This document shows, piece by piece, positions 18,844-26,403 of a stretch of 37,194 nucleotides of DNA. The notes under the pieces were generated by a model, which was given only the letters and a program-made list of their open reading frames with translations, was not told where the DNA came from and searched no databases. The stretch's first letter is position 1. Each line of letters starts with the position of its first letter. Source of the stretch: a virus (taxonomy: Duplodnaviria; Caudoviricetes); IMG/VR virus record IMGVR_UViG_3300033487_000023, positions 1 to 37,194 of that record, one strand, 5' to 3'. The translations under genes and the position numbers were made by a program.

Positions 18844-19310
18844 CTCGTGTTTCCTTTCTGAGGAACGATGAATGGATCACACCAAAACAGGTCACCGTCC
18901 TGGTGACACTTTCCACCGGATGTTTCAACAGGTGCATCCACAGTAGGCAATTTAGGCAACGGAGCCCATCTGCATGTCGCTTCATCACCTTGCTTCAGTC
19001 GTAGCTTCTGGCCTTCATAGGTGCACTCAAGCTCGGTCCCGCGCGGCTGCATCGTGAAGCCGTCTTTCCACAGACTGCCCTTTGGGCCCAACGAATCAAA
19101 CACGACATCCCTCTCGTTTCGCTCCTGGAACACGATGCTGTCCGCCGTGTCAGTTTCTGGTTGATAGACCAAGAACGGCTCATCCTTTTTTTGCTTGGTC
19201 GGAGTGAAACCACAGTCCATCTCCAAAGCCTTGACGACGACAAAGAAAAGGCCAACAAACACACCAATTGCGCCGACACACGCTAGCACGTCCCCCGCCG
19301 TGTCCTTCAT
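18840..19310 (-). CDS. Membrane-anchored hypothetical protein
   Basis: Likely start at 19310 (ATGA overlap); N-terminal TM VLACVGAIGVFVGLFFVVV; four Cys in the C-terminal half. Confidence 0.65.
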   Translation of the reverse strand: MKDTAGDVLACVGAIGVFVGLFFVVVKALEMDCGFTPTKQKKDEPFLVYQPETDTADSIVFQERNERDVVFDSLGPKGSLWKDGFTMQPRGTELECTYEGQKLRLKQGDEATCRWAPLPKLPTVDAPVETSGGKCHQDGDLFWCDPFIVPQKGNTR

Positions 19311-19912
19311 TCGCTCAACCCCCACACCCCTGCATCCTTCTGCAGGTCTCCCGGCCGAGCATCCTGAAAGACGAGCTCCACCATGAGCGGAAGAGCCGCC
19401 ACGACCATCAAGAGCGAGCTCGCCGCGTGCTCGGCCTGGAGGATCCGATAGGCTGCATGCACCGCGTCCCGGTTCTGCAGCCTGGTCACCTCTCCCGTCG
19501 CAGACTTGCAGTCGCTCGGGTTGCTGATTACGATGACCGCCCGGCAGGCGATAGGCCTAAGCGCATGCACCCCGCAGGCCTTGTCTGACCGCAAGAAGAT
19601 GCACGGATTGCCGAGGCCGAACCACCTCTCGCGCGTCATGCCCGGCAGCCTTGCGACGTCCGCGGCGCTCTTGAGCCCACGGGCTGAGAGGTCGTATCCC
19701 GTCTTCTCGCAGGCAATGGCGCACCAAAGGGCCTCGAGGAAGCTCACGCCCACCCACTGCTTGCAGCATTCCCCGCAGCCCTTCCGGCACGACACGGGCC
19801 TGCCGTTCTCACGCTCCCATCGCCTCGTGAGCTCGGCGTTCTTCGCATCGAGAGCCGCATAGGTGCGGCGGATCCGCTTGAGGCTCTCGCGGTAGGCTGC
19901 AAAGACCATCAT
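19307..19912 (-). CDS. YkgJ/CxxCxxCC family cysteine-cluster (putative Fe-S/Zn) protein
   Basis: CRKGCGECC ... CIFL...CGVHALRPIACR signature. Confidence 0.85.
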   Translation of the reverse strand: MMVFAAYRESLKRIRRTYAALDAKNAELTRRWERENGRPVSCRKGCGECCKQWVGVSFLEALWCAIACEKTGYDLSARGLKSAADVARLPGMTRERWFGLGNPCIFLRSDKACGVHALRPIACRAVIVISNPSDCKSATGEVTRLQNRDAVHAAYRILQAEHAASSLLMVVAALPLMVELVFQDARPGDLQKDAGVWGLSE

Positions 19913-20241
19913 GCGTAGTCCTCGGAGCTCGCCAACGTGATGACCCGGAGCCGCTCGACGAGGGTCCTCGATGCCGACGTCACGACCTTGTTGCGCAGCT
20001 CCCCGCTCCCGGTGCTCACCTTGACCGTGGCGGTCGTGGTCGTGTTCGAGCTCGTCACGACCGTGGGCCCATCGCTATCCCATGCCGATGTCGAGATTGT
20101 CTCGCCGGTGTCAAGAACGTCATTCCAGTCGATCGTAAAGCTTTCAATCTGCTCTTCGTGCTTCGAGACGGACAAGACGCGGTCCTTGTCCCGGAAGAAC
20201 CTGTTGCGCGAGAGCGGGAGAATTGTCGTGGTGCCAGCCAT
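19909..20241 (-). CDS. Small beta-rich conserved phage protein (putative virion/adaptor)
   Basis: 110 aa, AGGAGG RBS; FTIDWNDVLDTGETISTSAW...TATVKV...VVTSASRT pattern common in phage structural accessories. Confidence 0.6.
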   Translation of the reverse strand: MAGTTTILPLSRNRFFRDKDRVLSVSKHEEQIESFTIDWNDVLDTGETISTSAWDSDGPTVVTSSNTTTTATVKVSTGSGELRNKVVTSASRTLVERLRVITLASSEDYA

Positions 20242-20270
20242 GGATTCCTCCTGATGTGCTGCAGAAAACA

Positions 20271-20335
20271 GGGAGCGCCCGCCGTAGTTGTGAGACGCTT
20301 CAAAACGAGCCGCTTACCGGACCGTGGGCGCTCCC
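20271..20335 (-). terminator. Long-loop stem, possible terminator or structured RNA
   Basis: GGGAGCGCCC (20271-20280) and GGGCGCTCCC (20326-20335) form a perfect 10-bp inverted repeat; followed on the minus strand by TGTTTTCT. Confidence 0.45.
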
Positions 20336-20347
20336 CTCTTGCGCGGC

Positions 20348-20815
20348 CTATCCGCGCAACCTACTTTCCTTTGCCCTTTGGCTTCTTCTTGCCCTTGCCT
20401 TTACCTTCGTTGCACATGCATGTCTCCTTTTGGGTACGACTCCGATCCACACGGACGGATCGTCCCTATCACGCACGGTTGCCACATGCAACGCGTCGAT
20501 CCATCGATCATCAGAGATGATGCCTGAGTCTACCAGCGCATCAAGAGGAGCCGCGGCAAGATTGTCAACATCGATGCGCTGGCCCTTCGCGAGTGTGACC
20601 ACCAAAATGACAGTGATCGATATCAATCTCCCATTGATCGTTTCACTCGGACCCCTCTCTGACCTCTGCTGCCGCAGAATGAGCGCAGCCCAGTTCCTCC
20701 AAGACGTGACACCATCGTTGCTTGCGATGAACGCCCGTCCGCTTCTGGTGCGACGGATCACCTTGCTATTCTTCTGGCTCACAGGGCGGCCAGGTATGTG
20801 AAACGAGAATATCAC
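20348..20815 (-). CDS. rusA: RusA-like Holliday junction resolvase
   Basis: Likely GTG start at 20815 (GTGA overlap); IPGRPVSQKN, RIDVDNL...LDAL...IISDDRWI catalytic Asp pattern. Confidence 0.88.
   Translation of the reverse strand: MIFSFHIPGRPVSQKNSKVIRRTRSGRAFIASNDGVTSWRNWAALILRQQRSERGPSETINGRLISITVILVVTLAKGQRIDVDNLAAAPLDALVDSGIISDDRWIDALHVATVRDRDDPSVWIGVVPKRRHACATKVKARARRSQRAKESRLRG
20361..20417 (-). CDS. Putative 18-aa Lys/Gly-rich peptide nested in the rusA 3' end
   Basis: AGGAG-N6-ATG TGC AAC GAA GGT AAA GGC AAG GGC AAG AAG AAG CCA AAG GGC AAA GGA AAG TAG = MCNEGKGKGKKKPKGKGK. Confidence 0.45.
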   Translation of the reverse strand: MCNEGKGKGKKKPKGKGK

Positions 20816-21057
20816 TCGATGTCTGTCCATACACTCTCTGCACAACGAAAGCCGAGCATCGCTGCAGCGAGCAGTTTTTTCGCTCCCTCGGGATTGTTCG
20901 ACACGCCGCGAATGAAACTTTGGATTTCGTGCGAGTCTTGTCTGGAAGCAATACCGAGCAGAGCCTTGGACACCTTGCGGACTTTCTCTATGCCTCCCGA
21001 AAGCTCGACGAACTTGAGGAGATCACAAATCGGAATTTCATCGTCTTCTTCGCTCAC
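20812..21057 (-). CDS. Hypothetical protein
   Basis: 81 aa; coupled by start/stop overlaps on both sides. Confidence 0.65.
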   Translation of the reverse strand: MSEEDDEIPICDLLKFVELSGGIEKVRKVSKALLGIASRQDSHEIQSFIRGVSNNPEGAKKLLAAAMLGFRCAESVWTDIE

Positions 21058-21275
21058 GAACTCATCCTTTCCGACGTTCTGATACGAAACCGCGCAGCAT
21101 CAGGACACGTCGCGAAGTGACTCGTGTACCTGGGTTCACCTGGGCCAGCGACAGCCATACCTGCTTCGAGCGTGAACATCCCGTCCGTATCTGGACGCTC
21201 GTTGAGAGGAATACTACTTCCGCTTGTCGTGCGGACGAAGAAGATTCGAGCGCCGCAAGCAAGACACTTTGTCAT
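21054..21275 (-). CDS. Zn-finger phage protein (CxxC ... HFATC)
   Basis: Likely start MTKCLACGARIFF at 21275 (ATGA overlap); SHFATCP motif. Confidence 0.75.
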   Translation of the reverse strand: MTKCLACGARIFFVRTTSGSSIPLNERPDTDGMFTLEAGMAVAGPGEPRYTSHFATCPDAARFRIRTSERMSS

Positions 21276-21448
21276 TCCGACCGTGACCTTTCGTGTTCGG
21301 ACCGACACGATTTCTCAATCTCGCCTGCAAGCTCTTCTATGCTGTAGACCAGTCGCTGGAAATAGAACGTGATCTTTTCCGCGCAGATAGCCAGATCCGT
21401 CAACTCTCCACTGGAGTCTCTCTGGTTTATCATCTCGTCAAGATTCAT
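21272..21448 (-). CDS. Small protein, paralog of 21445-21654
   Basis: Start at 21448 (ATGA overlap); QRDSSGELTDLAI motif. Confidence 0.65.
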   Translation of the reverse strand: MNLDEMINQRDSSGELTDLAICAEKITFYFQRLVYSIEELAGEIEKSCRSEHERSRSE

Positions 21449-21654
21449 ACTTTCTCTTCCATCTCCAATTGATTGAGGCGCTCCTCGATGTCGCAAAGTT
21501 TCTTGGCGATATCATTAGCAATATCGAAACTACCACCCGATAGGCGTCGGATCAGTTCCATCAAACCGTCAACAGCAACAGCAAGGGGCGTGAGCTCTCC
21601 ACTGTCGTCTCTCTGCTCTCGAAGCTCATAGATGTCCATCATAAAACCACTCAA
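21445..21654 (-). CDS. Small protein, paralog of 21272-21448
   Basis: QRDDSGELTPLAV motif; C-terminal coiled coil. Confidence 0.65.
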   Translation of the reverse strand: MSGFMMDIYELREQRDDSGELTPLAVAVDGLMELIRRLSGGSFDIANDIAKKLCDIEERLNQLEMEEKV

Positions 21655-22055
21655 TCCTTCAGATAATCAACGAACGCATCGACCACGGCGCAAAAGAAGT
21701 GATCCTTCAGCTTCTGGTCGGAAGGAAGCTGATCGTATGGCACCATGCATGGATGCTCTTTCTTCTCGGCGTCCTTGATCGGACCATACTTCCACCCTTC
21801 TTTCTCTTTGTGCTCAAGCCACCGTTCATGACTCGTCTCAGGTGCTTGGTGTGGATTCTTCATCCTTTCGGCGACGCCAGAAATGCATGACTTCTTCTGC
21901 CAGTCCGGCGAAGCAGACCATGATAGCTGACTCGCATCTCCGAGGTGGCCACAATAGACCCGGTTGACCTCGTGCGCGACGCGAGCCGCCATTTCGATCA
22001 CTTCCAAATTCCGCATGTTCAGTTCATCCTTTCCTGCTGGTTCGACAAATGTCAT
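21651..22055 (-). CDS. RyR-domain protein
   Basis: HERW...KEKEGWKYGPIKDAEKKEHPCMVPYDQLPSDQKLKD matches the RyR repeat signature. Confidence 0.88.
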   Translation of the reverse strand: MTFVEPAGKDELNMRNLEVIEMAARVAHEVNRVYCGHLGDASQLSWSASPDWQKKSCISGVAERMKNPHQAPETSHERWLEHKEKEGWKYGPIKDAEKKEHPCMVPYDQLPSDQKLKDHFFCAVVDAFVDYLKD

Positions 22056-22795
22056 AACGCGGCCCCCTGCATCCTGGACTCCAACGACTTGATAATCTCC
22101 CTAACCCTGCTAATAGCGACTTGTCTCTCTTCCTCGGTTCGTTCGTCAGATTCGATATGGGCCGTTTTCGTGGCGCAACCCATGTCCTGAGTCGCGCCAG
22201 GCTCCGAAAACGCGCCTGCTGGCAGTTTTGCCCCGGTCTCGGCCGTCTCCGGGAGCGCGAGAGACCCCTGTTTCGGACCGGGTCTCGGCTCCGACCCATA
22301 CTCAACCGTGATTACTTTTACTTCCTCGCTATTGTTGACGCCTCTAAACGGCATCTCCTGCTCTCGTGTGCAGCCGGTAACCGAGAGCATGCAGAAGGTC
22401 TTGACGAAGTCCCTCTTGACCCAGTCCATCTCCTCGCTCGTCTTGCGCGCCATGGAGCACCACCCGCCAATCATCCGCACCGTGGCCGTCACGATTGGGT
22501 CGGAGAACCTAACCGATGCATAGGCTCCGACAGACGAGAGAGCTCGGCGTACGCAACCCCACGCAATCTCGGCCCTTGATGCTTCGTCTCCTCCGCAAAG
22601 ACGACAGAGATAGTAAGGCAACGGAAACCACTCGCACGAAAAAGATGCTCTTCTGCATGCGTCTGTTACCTGCTGAATCGGAAACCGCACGAGAGCATCC
22701 CAATATGCTTGCGCGATTGGGCGTGGGTCGCGATTCCAAATCCTGCACATCGCGCCGAACGAATCGGCGAATGCTTTTCGATCTGCATTTTCCAT
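22052..22795 (-). CDS. Replication accessory protein (DUF6475-like; helicase-loader position)
   Basis: AEIAW..V..A...VGAY.SV.F.DP.....V..IGGW...WVKRDF pattern; immediately follows the initiator gene. Confidence 0.7.
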   Translation of the reverse strand: MENADRKAFADSFGAMCRIWNRDPRPIAQAYWDALVRFPIQQVTDACRRASFSCEWFPLPYYLCRLCGGDEASRAEIAWGCVRRALSSVGAYASVRFSDPIVTATVRMIGGWCSMARKTSEEMDWVKRDFVKTFCMLSVTGCTREQEMPFRGVNNSEEVKVITVEYGSEPRPGPKQGSLALPETAETGAKLPAGAFSEPGATQDMGCATKTAHIESDERTEEERQVAISRVREIIKSLESRMQGAAL

Positions 22796-22804
22796 TTCGC
22801 GCGT

Positions 22805-23809
22805 CTACAGCACTATCGATATCTGGTCAACCTCAATTCGGTTTCTGATCGCTTGTCGCTGTGCTGGTGTTGTGACGTGTTGCTCTCGGTATCGATCCAC
22901 GTGCGCCGCGTCACGCATCGCGAGCTCAAGCGAGAGGTACATGCGACCCTGCGCGTTCGAGCCGAGGTTCCACGGTGTCTCGTGTATCCCATCGATCGCC
23001 TCGCGCAGTTCGTCAACCGTGTAGCCCTCCTCGAGCCGATCCACGATGTGCCTCCATTCCTTCGACTTCGTGCTCGGTTTTTTGAGCGCCCGGGGGTGGT
23101 AGGCCCGGAAGTGGTCGATGACCTCGTGGACCTCGGAAGAGCGCGAGACGCGCACGGACTCGATGCCGATCTTCGATGAACCAACTTCGCCACGAGCGAC
23201 GAGCGAACCGGATGGTGCGGCTTCAGCCGCACGAGGCGCGTTAGCGCCGGCCGGTTCTGGTTGTTCGGATGGCTGCTGGGCCGGTTCTGCGGCGGCGAGA
23301 TCGACATTACTCTCTTTCAAGCACTGATCTTGTGTATATATGTGAGCCTGATCATGAGCATGAGCATGAGCATGAGCATGAGCATGAGAGGGCGACAAGT
23401 TCGGCGACAAGTCCTGCGACAGAGCTTGTGACAGAACTTGTGACAAGTTTTTCGACGAGCGCCTCTTCTCTCGCGCCTGCTCGTCTCTTTTTCTGTTATA
23501 TTCCAGCTTGTTAAAGTAGGCTTCGTTGTGATCTAGCCATCCTCTCAGGTACCATTTTCCGTCCCCGGCGCATCGAAGGTAGTGCTTGAGCATCGCTCGC
23601 CACATGACGTCTCGGTCTCCCCTCCATGAAACGATCTCAGCGAGCCTGTCACGATCAAGACGGAGGACGCCGTCAACCACGCGACCCGCCATCGCGTGAC
23701 CCCAAAGACGAACCGGGTAGGCCAAACCGGACGGCTCTCCGATTTCGTGGCAGAAGTCCTCGAGGTCCGATCCGAAAATGAACGACGTCTCAACGAAAAT
23801 AGCTGGCAT
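22805..23809 (-). CDS. Replication initiation protein (lambda O/DnaD-like)
   Basis: Likely start at 23809 (GAGGAG RBS). N-terminal wHTH-like region ending LRGWLDHN, low-complexity linker with internal DNA repeats, C-terminal RLEEGYTVDELREAIDG domain. Confidence 0.75.
   Translation of the reverse strand: MPAIFVETSFIFGSDLEDFCHEIGEPSGLAYPVRLWGHAMAGRVVDGVLRLDRDRLAEIVSWRGDRDVMWRAMLKHYLRCAGDGKWYLRGWLDHNEAYFNKLEYNRKRDEQAREKRRSSKNLSQVLSQALSQDLSPNLSPSHAHAHAHAHAHDQAHIYTQDQCLKESNVDLAAAEPAQQPSEQPEPAGANAPRAAEAAPSGSLVARGEVGSSKIGIESVRVSRSSEVHEVIDHFRAYHPRALKKPSTKSKEWRHIVDRLEEGYTVDELREAIDGIHETPWNLGSNAQGRMYLSLELAMRDAAHVDRYREQHVTTPAQRQAIRNRIEVDQISIVL
23353..23450. repeat. Putative replication origin: five 12-bp iterons plus (CATGAG)x6
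   Basis: GGCGACAAGTTC, GGCGACAAGTCC, TGCGACAGAGCT, TGTGACAGAACT, TGTGACAAGTTT (23391-23450) and CATGAG x6 (23353-23388) inside the initiator gene, as for lambdoid ori. Confidence 0.65.
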
Positions 23810-24075
23810 GCCGTCTCCTCTCATTTCCTCTAGACAAGACGCGCGGCCAGCGGTATTGATGGCTCGCGCGTGCTTGTGCGTGATCGTGCGCGTTCCTCCG
23901 TGCTTCGTTCGTTCACTGCTCGCGCACCTCCTTCTTTGTTGTTGCGGGTCGCGCCGGGGGCTTCGGGGCTCCCGGCCACTCGCTATCGATTCCTAGCCAC
24001 CGATGGCGCAACGGGTCAAGTCGGATCTTGCGGCCACTGGCCGATCCGTGTATAGAAGGCCATCCCCCCTTACAG

Positions 24076-24114
24076 TCCGGCGTGACGGAGCGACCTGGCC
24101 TCACGCCGGATTTT
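24076..24114 (+). terminator. Hairpin with T-tract in the divergent control region
   Basis: TCCGGCGTGA-N15-TCACGCCGGA followed by TTTT. Confidence 0.45.
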
Positions 24115-24117
24115 GCT

Positions 24118-24151
24118 TGCATGCTGTTCGGTGCATCAATATAGAGGCCGC
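24118..24151 (+). promoter_or_regulatory. Possible promoter for a leaderless or short-leader HTH transcript
   Basis: TTGCAT at 24118 and TATAGA at 24140 (16-bp spacing), ending 6 nt before ATG 24152. Confidence 0.35.
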
Positions 24152-24550
24152 ATGAACAATCTCTATTCGGACAGTTTCAAGGCGAAGGCGCTCAAGTTGC
24201 TAGCGACGTCAACCATGGCTGCCACCTCGGCGAAGATGGGGATCAGTGTTGTCACCCTGCGGAAATGGAGAGACAGGGCAGGACATGTCGAGGCGACACG
24301 AGGACCAGGGAGGCCCAGGAAGGAACAGGCGGTCGTGGAGCTTGTGCGTCGTCGGGGGTTTCCCAGACGACAGAAGCGAGTGAACGGAGGTCCCGAGAAG
24401 ACAACGGCGATCACAGCGGCACTGATCGGCACGCTTCAGAGGCTATGCAAGGCCGTCGAGCTCCTCCACGAGGCGCTGGGTATTCGTCAGATGGCCGACG
24501 ACCCGAAACCGACAGAGAAAGCTCTTGACGTCACACGCTGCGAAGCATAG
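24152..24550 (+). CDS. HTH DNA-binding protein with AT-hook (candidate regulator)
   Basis: YSDSFKAKALKL...AATSAKMGISVVTLRKW (homeodomain/transposase-type HTH) followed by RGPGRPRK. No transposase catalytic domain. Divergent from the replication operon. Confidence 0.75.
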   Translation: MNNLYSDSFKAKALKLLATSTMAATSAKMGISVVTLRKWRDRAGHVEATRGPGRPRKEQAVVELVRRRGFPRRQKRVNGGPEKTTAITAALIGTLQRLCKAVELLHEALGIRQMADDPKPTEKALDVTRCEA

Positions 24551-24863
24551 CGGTCTCGATCTCGTAGAGCTCATTCTCCGCCATCGCGATGCGATGCCTC
24601 GACGAGCAGAGCTGCGACTTGGCGACGACTCGGTCCTCTCCTGTCGCTTCCTCGAGTAGGCGCATCGCTCGCTGCATGTCCTTCTCGGCGTCCTGTAGCG
24701 ACTCCATCCACGACCGCTTGGTGGCCTCGAGCATCTCCGAGGTCCAGTCGCGATAGTGCTCGGATGGAGGGACCCAGCCACGGCCCACGCACACGAGGCA
24801 CACGTGGCCCGGGTCGGTTCCCACGATACCATCTCCGTGGCATGCATCACATGGAGGGATCAT
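24531..24863 (-). CDS. DnaJ-type Zn-finger (CxxCxGxG x2) plus helical domain protein
   Basis: CDACHGDG and CLVCVGRG motifs. Confidence 0.7.
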   Translation of the reverse strand: MIPPCDACHGDGIVGTDPGHVCLVCVGRGWVPPSEHYRDWTSEMLEATKRSWMESLQDAEKDMQRAMRLLEEATGEDRVVAKSQLCSSRHRIAMAENELYEIETAMLRSV

Positions 24864-25552
24864 GCTTGCCTCACGACCGCGATGGAGTCCTCGAATATAT
24901 CAACGCCTGGAATCGATCGCACGCCACCAGCCGTCACGGCCTGTCGGATGGCCCGCTCATCCACTGCGAGGTACTCGCGCGGCACAAGCGCCGGGTCCAC
25001 AACCCGGAAGGACCACTTCCTCCTCACCGATACCGGGCCCGATGGAACAGCGGACGGCGCCACGGTCCGCACCGCTGGGATGCGAGCAGCGTGTTCCTCG
25101 GCGCGCTGATCCATGGCGGCCGCGGCCGACTTGTGCCCGAGCTCCGCTAGCTGCTGTGCCTTCTCCTCGCAAGCACGACGCATCGCCTCCTCGCGCGCAG
25201 CCTTCGCGGCAGCCTGCTTCGCCTCCGCCGCTTCGCGCTCTACGCGACGCTTCTCCTCCGCGCGGTAGGCCGCCACCCGCTTGCGCAGGACATCCATGAC
25301 ATTGGAATACGGTTGCGAGACTTCCTTGAAAAACGTGTTGATTGCCGAGACATGTGCGTTCAATGGCCCAACGAAGAACTTCCGCTTCTCCTCGACACGT
25401 TTCAACGTAGCCGTCATCGCGACGAGCATCTTCTCGGCGCTCGCACAGGTCTCGAGGTCCGTGATAGCGCGCGGTACAGCATTCATGATCTCTGCGCCGT
25501 CCGCTATCGTGCTAGCCACGTCCGGGTCTTTTCTGATCTCGTCTATGTTCAC
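24860..25552 (-). CDS. Gp157/Gam-like coiled-coil phage protein
   Basis: GTG start at 25552 after AAGGAGG; C-terminal WSFRVVDPALVPREYL.VDE.AIR.AV..G.RSIPGV motif. Confidence 0.7.
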   Translation of the reverse strand: MNIDEIRKDPDVASTIADGAEIMNAVPRAITDLETCASAEKMLVAMTATLKRVEEKRKFFVGPLNAHVSAINTFFKEVSQPYSNVMDVLRKRVAAYRAEEKRRVEREAAEAKQAAAKAAREEAMRRACEEKAQQLAELGHKSAAAAMDQRAEEHAARIPAVRTVAPSAVPSGPVSVRRKWSFRVVDPALVPREYLAVDERAIRQAVTAGGVRSIPGVDIFEDSIAVVRQA

Positions 25553-25584
25553 TTTGCGTCCTCCTTCGTGTCGTTTGTTGTTCT

Positions 25585-25971
25585 GCACCGAGCCGTACCA
25601 TGCCCCGCCTAGCCTCACCTAGCCTCACCATGCCTGCCGTACCATGACGCGCCTCTCCCAGCCTTTCCGCGCCGATCCACGCCTTGACAGCCAAACCGAG
25701 CCCCGCCAAACCACGGCACGCCTAGCCAGGTCATGCCCTGCCTGCCTTGCCGCGCCTAGCCCGACCAAACCACGCCTGGCCCCGCCCAGCCTTGCCTCGC
25801 CTGCCCTGACGTGCCGTGCAGCGACGAGCCCCGCCGCTCCGCTCCGCGCCTTGCCTGCCCTGACATGCCGTGTCATAACGAGCCCCGCCGTTCCATTCCG
25901 CGCCTTAGCCCTGACGGCCATGCCCGCCCTGACGAACCGTGCCACCCAATCCGAGCCTACCCATGCCTGCC
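25585..25971 (-). ncRNA. Downstream GGY/NN pentamer array (putative multi-guide RNA, about six 54-59-nt modules plus a degenerate 5' part)
   Basis: Minus strand parses as (GGC/GGT/GGA/GTC + NN) x10-11 separated by 4-nt GGCA/GGCT. Module 25801-25747 is GGCga GGCaa GGCtg GGCgg GGCca GGCgt GGTtt GGTcg GGCta GGCgc GGCaa. The array ends GGTGC-AGAACAACAAAC. Confidence 0.8.
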
Positions 25972-26403
25972 TAGCTCAGCCAGGATCACACCCCGAAGCC
26001 CTGCTAGTTCCTGAGTGTCTGTCGCTTCTCTGCACCAAGCCCGCAACACACCGATCTGTCTATCGATGAACAAGGCCCTTGCGTCCTTGTCGAGAAGCGC
26101 AGAAGGCCTCTCTAGGTAGACCGATTCTCCACCGGACTTTGGCAAGAACGCACGGACGAAGACCTCCTGTGTTGGCTCGTTGCACTGAATGAGCACCATC
26201 TGAGCACGAAACAGGTGAAGGATCTGTTGCCTTCGATATTGCTCTCCAGCCACAGAGTCGTCCCATTCAAGATGCTCATGCAGCGGATTCGCTGGGCTTC
26301 TGGCTGCCTCAAGAGCCGCATCAACCGAGAGTTTCCCTCCATTCTCTCGCATGATGCGCTTGAACTCCTGAGCAACAGCGGATCCGCTACTCGTCGCTTT
26401 CAT
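25957..26403 (-). CDS. Conserved accessory protein of the Cas7-like/array locus
   Basis: Likely start at 26403, overlapping the Cas7-like 3' end; GKLSVDAALEAARSPANPLHEHLEWDDSVAGEQYR.QQ motif; its stop lies inside the start of the array. Confidence 0.75.
   Translation of the reverse strand: MKATSSGSAVAQEFKRIMRENGGKLSVDAALEAARSPANPLHEHLEWDDSVAGEQYRRQQILHLFRAQMVLIQCNEPTQEVFVRAFLPKSGGESVYLERPSALLDKDARALFIDRQIGVLRAWCREATDTQELAGLRGVILAELGRHG

Noticed and set aside
24152-24550. IS3-family transposase OrfA / insertion sequence
   Set aside because: The HTH resembles it, but there is no OrfB/DDE domain, terminal inverted repeats or target duplication.
25512-26069. ORFs 25625-25945(-), 25512-25709(-), 25644-26069(+) and 25811-26014(+) with ARxG-like repeats
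   Set aside because: They are by-products of translating the 5-nt periodic array. The period of 5 with 4-nt phase breaks is not codon-compatible, so the conserved unit is nucleotide-level.
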